From a virus (lineage: Duplodnaviria > Caudoviricetes): a stretch of DNA of 62,340 nucleotides. The stretch lies in the IMG/VR virus record IMGVR_UViG_3300014166_000003, positions 1 to 62,340 of that record; one strand, 5' to 3'. This document shows, piece by piece, positions 29,391 to 37,284 of this stretch. Position numbers and translations under genes: made by a program. The notes under the pieces are model-generated. The model did not search any database. It saw only the letters and a program-made list of their open reading frames with translations, and was not told where the DNA came from. Each line of letters starts with the position of its first letter. Position 1 is the stretch's first letter.

Positions 29391-29732
29391 TTAAGTCAGG
29401 TCGAACCAGAGAATGTCCCAATTCAGTGCTGCGCCATTGATTGCACCGACAGTCGTGTTCAAGAACACGAACCGAATAGTATCCGTAGACTGAACTTTGA
29501 TCCCTTTCAGAACCAGACCTACTTCCAGTGCGGGAATCGACGTCGGGAAAACCAGGTCGCCCGCAGCCACACCGGTTACTGTAACGTCCACCGTTACCTC
29601 AGCACCGGCAGTAGCGTTAGCCGGATCGACCGAGACAGTCGCCGACTTGATTTTCTTGATGAGAGTGCCCCCGGAACCGACAGTAACCGGCCCAAGTTTG
29701 CCTTTGCCTCGAAGTAATTGATGAATTGCCAT
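29391..29732 (-). CDS. Head decoration/fibre-like protein
   Basis: VTVTGVAAGDLVF...DTIRFVF.N motif; immediately downstream of the head genes. Confidence 0.6.
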   Translation of the reverse strand: MAIHQLLRGKGKLGPVTVGSGGTLIKKIKSATVSVDPANATAGAEVTVDVTVTGVAAGDLVFPTSIPALEVGLVLKGIKVQSTDTIRFVFLNTTVGAINGAALNWDILWFDLT

Positions 29733-29741
29733 GTGTCCTAC

Positions 29742-29987
29742 TTAGCTCGCTTTCTCTTTCTTTTCTGCTTTGACGGCTTGTGCCTTTGCCTGTTGACTGA
29801 CCTTTGGCTCGATAACCAGAGAGGTAAGAGCAGGTGCAGTAGGCGGAACAGAAACCGGTGCAACGTGCGGAGTGATGTATCGATAACGAATCAGCTTGTC
29901 TCGGTTCTTCCACGAGGAAGTGTCAACAATCGCGCCCGCCTGCAATAGAACGCCGTCTGCTTCAAACGGCCGAAGAACTTTGTCCAT
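29742..29987 (-). CDS. Hypothetical protein after the capsid gene
   Basis: SD AAGGA then ATG; KVLRPF...GAIVD..W. Confidence 0.55.
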   Translation of the reverse strand: MDKVLRPFEADGVLLQAGAIVDTSSWKNRDKLIRYRYITPHVAPVSVPPTAPALTSLVIEPKVSQQAKAQAVKAEKKEKAS

Positions 29988-30004
29988 ATCGTTCCTTTGT
30001 GAAA

Positions 30005-30035
30005 GTGCGGAGATCACCGTTAGTAATCTCCGCAC
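30005..30035 (-). terminator. Hairpin after the major capsid gene
   Basis: GTGCGGAGAT...ATCTCCGCAC followed by TTTC on the minus strand. Confidence 0.55.
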
Positions 30036-30068
30036 CTATCTGCGGTCACCAGACCACAGGTGGATTGC

Positions 30069-31028
30069 TTACGCGACCGCTCCGGAGAAGAAGTAGCCGA
30101 GATCGGTTCCGATGACTTTGTTGTCCCAAGCCATCTGACCTTCGATCCGGTCTGCTCTCTTGAGATCCATGCGGAAGCGGCTGAGACCAACCTGCTCGCC
30201 CATGACTTCGTTGACGCCAGTCCACTGGAAGATGTATCCAGCAGAGGGAGCCAGAAGACCGGGAGACGGGTTGCTGTAGCAGAGCAGTGCATGCTTGCCG
30301 TAGGCGAACGAGAATGCATCGGTCGCGCCTTCGTTTGCCGTGTTCTTGATCGCTCGTGCAACCAGGATGCGGTCCACTTCGAACATCTGCGCGAGCATTT
30401 CGACCGTGACAGTCTGCGAAGACGTGTACTTGATGCGGTCGACAATGTCAGGATGGTTACGCAGTTTGCGGAACACCTGATAGCCGATCACGAGAGTGTT
30501 CGGCATGAGACCGGTCACGCTCAGGATTGCTTCTTTACCGTTCTCGATATCTTCGATCGGATCGCTCCCCGCGGAGTCCGACCACACGGTGAAGTCCGAT
30601 CCGCCCGTTTTGTCCGTTCCCCAAACACTTGTGGTGAAGTATTCGGTAACAAACTGCAGCTCTCGCCGCATGAGCAAACGCTGCGTGACGAACTTGGTCG
30701 CATCCTGATCCAGGTTCAGCGGGCTGTCCGCGTTCTTGCGCGTCTGATCGCCGATGTCCTTGTGAAACGCATACACGTCGCACGAGTAGGACGAGGTCGA
30801 AAGCCCATAACCGCTGCCTTCGGACTCCGTTGCATCAGCTCGACGCTGCGCTTCATCCTTGAACCAATCGCCTTTGGCGTAGGTGAAATATTTATCGGTC
30901 TGCTTGGAGACCGGAATCGTGGGAAACACCTGACCGGCGATATAGTTCTTGTCGGCGTTCATATAGCCGATAGAGATATTGGTCAGGATACTGTCAATGT
31001 GAACGTCTTGCTGTGCCGGTTTAGGCAT
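30069..31028 (-). CDS. Major capsid protein
   Basis: VHID..LTNISIGY.N...IA..VFP.IPV.KQ..KY; WSD...SDPI.DI; PSAGY.F.W. Confidence 0.92.
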   Translation of the reverse strand: MPKPAQQDVHIDSILTNISIGYMNADKNYIAGQVFPTIPVSKQTDKYFTYAKGDWFKDEAQRRADATESEGSGYGLSTSSYSCDVYAFHKDIGDQTRKNADSPLNLDQDATKFVTQRLLMRRELQFVTEYFTTSVWGTDKTGGSDFTVWSDSAGSDPIEDIENGKEAILSVTGLMPNTLVIGYQVFRKLRNHPDIVDRIKYTSSQTVTVEMLAQMFEVDRILVARAIKNTANEGATDAFSFAYGKHALLCYSNPSPGLLAPSAGYIFQWTGVNEVMGEQVGLSRFRMDLKRADRIEGQMAWDNKVIGTDLGYFFSGAVA

Positions 31029-31099
31029 TGCTACTACCCCTTCTACTTTGCTTTCGAATCTTCAAACTGTGGGCACGACTTGCGTGCCCAATAGGACGA

Positions 31100-31492
31100 T
31101 TACGCTGCGCGATGCGGCGTGGTCGCATTCAGCAGGACGGTGACGAGTTCATTCGCCGAGCCCGCGCTGACTGCCTGCGCAACTACATATTTCGTGGTGT
31201 CGGTTCCAATCGTGAGCTTCACGGCTTTGCCGTTAGCATCGGTTCCGAGTAGGTCGCCAACTGCGATGGTTCCACCCGCGATGACCTTGCCGAGACCGGT
31301 AACTTGCACCTGTCCAGTCGCACCGGAAGCCGGTTTGTCGAGCAGGATGCCGCACGGAACATCGGTTGCCGCCGAGCAGACGTTGATCTTGCTGCCCGTT
31401 CCGAGCTTCACGAACAAGTACTGCTTTGCAGACAGGTCCGCTGCCGCTTCACGGCTGAGCTTCAATCCACTGTTTTCGTTATGCGTAGCCAA
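31100..31492 (-). CDS. Capsid cement/decoration protein (DUF2190-like)
   Basis: AAADLSAKQYLFVK...GIL.DKP..G...AGGTIAVGD....DANGKA; probable TTG start. Confidence 0.8.
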   Translation of the reverse strand: MATHNENSGLKLSREAAADLSAKQYLFVKLGTGSKINVCSAATDVPCGILLDKPASGATGQVQVTGLGKVIAGGTIAVGDLLGTDANGKAVKLTIGTDTTKYVVAQAVSAGSANELVTVLLNATTPHRAA

Positions 31493-31550
31493 TTTCTTTC
31501 TTTCTCCCTTCGGGCAGTTGCCCAACTTGCTTCGCCCTAGGGCGACTTAC

Positions 31551-32339
31551 TTATCGAGCTGTGCGTTCCGCGACGTACTCGCGATACAGCTCCGGATTCT
31601 GTTTGCCAGCCAGCACGAGCGCATCGCCCAGGTTCGTGGCTTTCTTGGCTTCGATCAGGCTCTTCGCGATACCGTTCAATTTCTGTTCCGCCGAACCGTC
31701 TTGTTCGTCGCTCGCGATTGATCCGCGTTCTTGCATCAAGCCGCTTTCCTTGATCACTTCGTTCGCAGCCTTGAGCACTGCCAGGACAGACTTCTGTTCG
31801 TCAGCCGACAGCTTCGAGATCGCTTTGACTACGGCCACGCGGGAAGCCTCGTCACCGGTCAGATGACTCATGTTCTCGCCCACGGTTTTCTTGAATTCCA
31901 CATCGCGTGCGATGGCTTCTGCTTTCGCAAGAGCCACGCGCTGATCCTCGAATTGCTTGCGGAATGCTTCGGGCAGGGTCTTCAAGAATTCCTGTTCCTT
32001 TTCCGCTTCGCTCTGCGTCGACTGCGCTGCAGCTTTTTTCAGCTCAGTGATTTCGGTCTGACTCTTCGTCAGCTCTGTCGCAGCAGCATCGGATGCTTCT
32101 TTAGCAGCCTTGAGATCGGTCGCTGCTTTCTCCAACTGAACGGACTGCTCGTCCAGCTTCACTTTGTGCTCGTCAAGCTGCTTTTGAAGTGCTGCGAGCT
32201 GTGTCTTGAGTTCTTCCATTTGTCTCTCTTCCTCTGTGTCGTTCTTAAACAGCGCAATGTGAGCATCGGGATTCGAGCCACGCTTGCACAGGTCCACTCG
32301 ATCAATCAGGAGCTTGGTTAGCTTGTGAATCTTGCCCAT
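31551..32339 (-). CDS. Scaffold protein with N-terminal protease-tail segment
   Basis: IDRVDLCKRGSNPDA segment, then coiled coil ending NPELYREY. Confidence 0.7.
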   Translation of the reverse strand: MGKIHKLTKLLIDRVDLCKRGSNPDAHIALFKNDTEEERQMEELKTQLAALQKQLDEHKVKLDEQSVQLEKAATDLKAAKEASDAAATELTKSQTEITELKKAAAQSTQSEAEKEQEFLKTLPEAFRKQFEDQRVALAKAEAIARDVEFKKTVGENMSHLTGDEASRVAVVKAISKLSADEQKSVLAVLKAANEVIKESGLMQERGSIASDEQDGSAEQKLNGIAKSLIEAKKATNLGDALVLAGKQNPELYREYVAERTAR

Positions 32340-32343
32340 CGTC

Positions 32344-32745
32344 TTACTGCCCAACCGGCTGACGTAATGCCCGCCCCTGAATCGAAAACATTTCGTAGTC
32401 GCCTGCTTTAACCTTTTCGAAGATGGCGTCGTCTTCGATATAGAAACCAACCCACCACCCTTGAGGCAGTGCAGTCTTCTCAAGCCCCATCGCTTCAAGC
32501 TTGTCGGGAGTCACGAAGAGTGATTCAACGAGCGAACCAACTGCGTCGCCTACGTGATCCACACCGCTCTTCCGAAATGCCAGATTGAAGAGATAGGCAG
32601 CGTTTTCAAGTTCGGCCGGATCGATCTGATCGTTATGGCTGTCGGTTATCTGCTCTCCGTCTTTGCGGACAGCTATATTCGCCCAACCGAAAACAAGGTT
32701 GCGTTGATCGTCTAGTTTCGTGATCCGAACTTGGTCAGTAGCCAC
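32344..32745 (-). CDS. XkdF-like prohead serine protease
   Basis: KLDD..NLVFGWA...D.HND.I...LE.AAY.F...H...GWWVG...FSIQG. Confidence 0.85.
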   Translation of the reverse strand: MATDQVRITKLDDQRNLVFGWANIAVRKDGEQITDSHNDQIDPAELENAAYLFNLAFRKSGVDHVGDAVGSLVESLFVTPDKLEAMGLEKTALPQGWWVGFYIEDDAIFEKVKAGDYEMFSIQGRALRQPVGQ

Positions 32746-32801
32746 TCAGTTAAATTCGACGCTACGGTGACTGAGTGTTTGATTTGTTGTCGGGGAATCT
32801 T

Positions 32802-34268
32802 TTAGACAATAGAATCGATATCGTCGAACGGATCACTCTTCGCAGTGGGCTGTGGTTTCTTCGGTGCAGCTCCACCGGCAGTGTTGCCGGTCTTATCACC
32901 TACCGCCCCGCCCGGTCCCATATTGGCAGGCTGCTGGATGACGATCGGCGTCGGCTTTTCGTTCGGACTCACCACACGAATATCTCGATCACGCGGACTC
33001 TCGACAAGCAGTGCCATCCGGCGCAAGCTGGCTGACATTTGTTCGTCAGGCTGCACAAGGCCGACACGTGCAAGCTTGAAGAGGAAATTAGACAGCTCCG
33101 CAAGATCCGGGGGAGTGATCCGCACCGGCTGCACGCGTGGAAGTCTCTTCAAGGACTTGAATTCGGGATTCAATGCAAAGAGACGCGGAATCGCGTAGCG
33201 ATTGATGACTTCGGTCACGCTGTTCATCCAACCGATGATGGAAAGCATGAACATGTCACCCTGGTTCTCACTCAATGCATAGCTGCCGGACTTTTCCATA
33301 CCAAGCAGCATGAATTGCGCAAGCACGCTCATGGCGATGCGCTTGTCATACCGATTGATAATCACGTCGACGTCGAATTGCCGTTTGCCGGGAGCACCGA
33401 TCAGATCGAACTTCCAACCCGGAGGCAGAAGTAATCCCTCTTGCTCGTCGCGATGGATATGGGAAATGACTTCTTTCGCCCATTCCTTGACGTCTTCATT
33501 CTCGCTATCGTCCAGATCGAATTCTTCGGGTGGAGTGAGAATGGGTAACCCAACTAGATCTCGCTCGACACCAATGCCTTCGAGTTCTTCGAAGGTCTTT
33601 TTGAAGAACCATGATCGGTAAGCACCGCGAAGGATCGAACGTCCTTCGGGATTGTTCTTCTCTATTCGTGCCCTGAATAAGAGAAGCTTTTCGATAGGAA
33701 TGAAAACCTGCTGCCACTTCGGCGGACCGAGCTGATAGAGCCCCTGAATGCCGCCAGTATCGTCAATCTTCCATTGAAAGACAGTCTCTTGACCACGGAG
33801 CGCGAACTTGCGCCAACCAATGCGGCCGTCGTCTTCATTGCTCGTGGAATTCTGTGCTGTCAGGTTGTCGCCACGTCGCACCTTGTAGATGATTTCGAAT
33901 GGCGCGAAGCCGTACTTCAACATCGACGTCATTTCAGAAACGAAGTCTTCCCAGGTGTGAGACATGTCGCTCATGCAGGACACGAGGAAATTGCCCGCAT
34001 CTTCGTCCTGTTTGTCTTCACCACCGGCAACGACCTGCCAGCTCGCCTGCAGGATGATCCGCTCGATAGCGAAGAGCATCGCCGACACGACTGCATCGTT
34101 CTCAGCCATTTCGCGGTACGTCTTCATACCGCGCTGTCCCTTTAACGGATTGAGAAACTCTTCCTGGACAAAGCCCTGATAGTGATTAAGACCGGAATAG
34201 CCAATCTCAGAGAATTCTTTCTTCGGTCCCTTTGGTCGTCCAGGTCCACGTGGTGTATCTTCGGCCAT
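32802..34268 (-). CDS. Portal protein (DUF935/Mu gp29-like)
   Basis: NPEGRSILR.AYR.W.FK; EGIGVERDL.GLP; I.RYD.RIA.SVLAQF; GSYALS. Confidence 0.9.
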   Translation of the reverse strand: MAEDTPRGPGRPKGPKKEFSEIGYSGLNHYQGFVQEEFLNPLKGQRGMKTYREMAENDAVVSAMLFAIERIILQASWQVVAGGEDKQDEDAGNFLVSCMSDMSHTWEDFVSEMTSMLKYGFAPFEIIYKVRRGDNLTAQNSTSNEDDGRIGWRKFALRGQETVFQWKIDDTGGIQGLYQLGPPKWQQVFIPIEKLLLFRARIEKNNPEGRSILRGAYRSWFFKKTFEELEGIGVERDLVGLPILTPPEEFDLDDSENEDVKEWAKEVISHIHRDEQEGLLLPPGWKFDLIGAPGKRQFDVDVIINRYDKRIAMSVLAQFMLLGMEKSGSYALSENQGDMFMLSIIGWMNSVTEVINRYAIPRLFALNPEFKSLKRLPRVQPVRITPPDLAELSNFLFKLARVGLVQPDEQMSASLRRMALLVESPRDRDIRVVSPNEKPTPIVIQQPANMGPGGAVGDKTGNTAGGAAPKKPQPTAKSDPFDDIDSIV

Positions 34269-34309
34269 CAGGTACTTAGACCACGGGCTGTGATAGGAAT
34301 ATGACGAGG

Positions 34310-35761
34310 CTATCGCTGATAGTCGAAGCGCGAGGATCGACGGCCGCTATAACCGCCTTGTGCCTTGAATAAGGCAGTCTTATTGAGTGTGCGGTTAATT
34401 TCCAGGAAGTTGCGGCTTGTGACTTCTGTCCGTGGTTTCGATAGCTCGTGCCCATAAGACACCGCAAGTGCATCGCTATAGTCAGGTGAGTCGTCACCTT
34501 TCCGCAGCATCTTGACCTTCGGCGTCACCTGGAAGATTCCGTCTTCGTTGGGTTCTTGCTTGTGCATCAGCAGATTCTTTTTGAGCTGATCACACGATTT
34601 CAGTGAGCGTAGTGAACCATCGCGCACAAGCATCGCGATATGGGAATAGGATTCTGAGCGATGATTGAAGTACATCTTCGGATCGCTGGCATCCCACGAA
34701 CCTTTAACCGGATATACGGCACGCATTTTGCGCCGACGTAGTGAAGACACAACACCGCCGCCAGGACCGACAGCGTCAACCAGGATCTTTCGATAAGGCG
34801 CGTATTGCTGAGCAAGACGACGAATTACGTCGGCATTCTTCTCTGTGTCGAGCCCACGCTTTGCGACAATGTCGATAATGACGTCACTGCGTCGGACGAT
34901 GAATACGCTTTCGCAGTTACCACCGTCTGCGACGTCAACGCCGATCGTGACCGGCACTTCCGGCACGCTTGTGTTCGGGTTATAGATCCGATCGACCTTG
35001 CGCGGATCGAACAGCACGTATGAGTCTTCATTCGGAAACTCGCCCTCGACTTTCGACAGCCACATCGCCGAGCCGCGCCCATACTTGGCTTCCATCAGCT
35101 TGATGTATGCTTCTTTAATCCCAGGATCGTGCAGGCAGTTGATATGGTGAGTGTGAAACAACTCAGGGTATTTATTGTGCGAGTCGTAGAACATGCCGGT
35201 AAGACGCACCGGATTGCCACACATTAGAATGTGTGCGTGACCTGTTGCCACAATACCGTCGATCGCTGCAAGGGCTTGATCGTCCATACCAGATGCTTCA
35301 TCGACGACGAAGAGCATGTGCTCAGCATGAAAACCCTGCAGTCCCTCACTGACGAATCCATCTTTGTTGCTTTTGCATGTGCGAGCGATAGCGAACCACT
35401 CTTCGGGATACGCCTTCATGAAGATCTTGGTCTGCGTCCACTGCAGGTGCTCTTGCAGCACCGGAGATTCGCGCATCCACCGGCTGCACTCTGCCCATAG
35501 CACGTCGAACAGATGATGCTCAGTGGGAGCGGTACAAGGAACTTTCGGAAATGGTTTCGTTGACAGAAACCAAAGGATTGCCCAGCTCTCTAAAGCCGTC
35601 TTGCCAACACCCGCGCCAGAGCGGACACTGATCGGCTTGATGCCACGACCGAGATCTTCGAGCACCTTGTCTTGCCAAGGCTTAGGTGTAGCGTGCAGAA
35701 CATCACGTACCCATTTGTTCGGATTCTTCGAATAGGCGCGGATCAGATTCGGCGGAAACAT
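34310..35761 (-). CDS. terL: Terminase large subunit
   Basis: Walker A VRSGAGVGKT, Walker B FVVDEASG, GNP motif, nuclease GVDVA and SPDYSDAL. Confidence 0.95.
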   Translation of the reverse strand: MFPPNLIRAYSKNPNKWVRDVLHATPKPWQDKVLEDLGRGIKPISVRSGAGVGKTALESWAILWFLSTKPFPKVPCTAPTEHHLFDVLWAECSRWMRESPVLQEHLQWTQTKIFMKAYPEEWFAIARTCKSNKDGFVSEGLQGFHAEHMLFVVDEASGMDDQALAAIDGIVATGHAHILMCGNPVRLTGMFYDSHNKYPELFHTHHINCLHDPGIKEAYIKLMEAKYGRGSAMWLSKVEGEFPNEDSYVLFDPRKVDRIYNPNTSVPEVPVTIGVDVADGGNCESVFIVRRSDVIIDIVAKRGLDTEKNADVIRRLAQQYAPYRKILVDAVGPGGGVVSSLRRRKMRAVYPVKGSWDASDPKMYFNHRSESYSHIAMLVRDGSLRSLKSCDQLKKNLLMHKQEPNEDGIFQVTPKVKMLRKGDDSPDYSDALAVSYGHELSKPRTEVTSRNFLEINRTLNKTALFKAQGGYSGRRSSRFDYQR

Positions 35762-36234
35762 TACGCTCCCGTGCTCTGCTGTGCTTGGTACGTTGGGAGA
35801 TGACGCAGGACGAGATCGGGATATTTCAGATTGCTTCCACCGTTGTACATCAGCAGCGCAGCTCGCACGTCACCCTTTGATCGATCGAGGCAACGAGCAA
35901 GCTTGCGGCAACCGAATTCAATACCTGTAGCCGGATCAAACAGCTCAGTAAGATCATCGCCGGCAAAACCTAACTCGCGAGCCGTCTGCCCCATGATTTG
36001 CATAAGACCGAACGAGAACGCACGCAACTGCATTTCAGTCGCCGACAGTCCTTTAAGTGGTGTGATGTATCGAGCGTAGAATACCGGTTCGTATCGAGCC
36101 GCAAAGACCTTCCAGTTAGCAGATTCGTGATGGCATATAGCACACACGAGCACAGGATCAAGCTTGTGCGCCTGCGCGATGTTGGTCGCAATACTGATCA
36201 GCGATAGTTTGATCGTATCGAATGGTGTGGGCAT
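35761..36234 (-). CDS. Lytic transglycosylase (SLT family), putative endolysin
   Basis: LVCAICHHES, FGLMQIMGQTARELGF, AL..YNGG. Confidence 0.88.
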   Translation of the reverse strand: MPTPFDTIKLSLISIATNIAQAHKLDPVLVCAICHHESANWKVFAARYEPVFYARYITPLKGLSATEMQLRAFSFGLMQIMGQTARELGFAGDDLTELFDPATGIEFGCRKLARCLDRSKGDVRAALLMYNGGSNLKYPDLVLRHLPTYQAQQSTGA

Positions 36235-37121
36235 TAGTCGAAATACCCCACAGCGCCCGTAGGATCATTTCGATGTGGGCAGGTGCAATCGTCGGCAGGA
36301 AGCTGGCATCGCCAGCAAAGAGGTTCGAGCGTGGGCTCGTGGACTCGGTTGGACTCTGATTCCCCTACTTCATTGTCCCCACGAGCCGCGCTCTGTGATT
36401 GACTATACACGTTGGATTCCAAACTTGTTGGGTCTGTGTCTTCACTATTGCCTTCTGTGAGTTGTGGCTGATCATCACGCACGATCTCTGCTTCAAGAGC
36501 TTCTTCAATGTCGTCAGAGCTAGCTTGCTCGTGTGCTGCGATGATCGATTTGCCGAGATCCAGGCTCGCTTCGACTTTCTTGTGCTCGATAGGCTTGTGA
36601 CCTGTTCGATCCAACAGGCTGTTGACGAGATCCACAAGAGTGCGGCCGGTCACTCGAACGACGTTCGTGACCATCTTGTCTGGATTATCCGGATCGACTA
36701 CGACGAATTCCGCACGACCTTTAGTGACGATCTGCTCGATAATCTTGATCGCAGGATCAGATAGCTGATTCAGTCGACGCTGCCGCTCGTCCTTCTGCCG
36801 GACTTCGATTTCTTTCTGTAGCTCAGCTTTGAAGAGTGGGCTGTTCGTGATCAATGAGAAATAACGCTCATTGAATCCGAGATCACGACAAATCTGCCGC
36901 TTGGTGTGTCCGTGGTACACAAGACGCAGGATGATTTCTCGATGACGCGGTTTGAGTGCAGACAGGTTGAAAGTGTCTTTGTTCGCGGAGTTCGGATTGT
37001 TTGACACACCGTTCTTCGGTTGAAAGCCGCGTGGACGCTTTGCCGGTACTTGTCCTTCGGATGCTTCGCCTGCTGGCTGCTCGTTACTCTCAGTGGGCTG
37101 TTCTTTGTTCTCGTCAGACAT
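36234..37121 (-). CDS. Terminase small subunit (probable)
   Basis: HTH-like region (RHREI...ICRDLG), LDRTG.K motif; first gene of the packaging operon. Confidence 0.6.
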   Translation of the reverse strand: MSDENKEQPTESNEQPAGEASEGQVPAKRPRGFQPKNGVSNNPNSANKDTFNLSALKPRHREIILRLVYHGHTKRQICRDLGFNERYFSLITNSPLFKAELQKEIEVRQKDERQRRLNQLSDPAIKIIEQIVTKGRAEFVVVDPDNPDKMVTNVVRVTGRTLVDLVNSLLDRTGHKPIEHKKVEASLDLGKSIIAAHEQASSDDIEEALEAEIVRDDQPQLTEGNSEDTDPTSLESNVYSQSQSAARGDNEVGESESNRVHEPTLEPLCWRCQLPADDCTCPHRNDPTGAVGYFD

Positions 37122-37284
37122 CGTGTCTCCGGTCACTCCTACTTCATTCGACCGATAGGCACGTTATCTATTTGACGTCAATAGCACATTAGTGGCAGGC
37201 ATCGTGGCATTCAAAGTGTAAGAGTCAATGCCCCCGGTGTATTTCGCATCGGCACAAGACACAGCACAAACGAGGAAACCAAGG

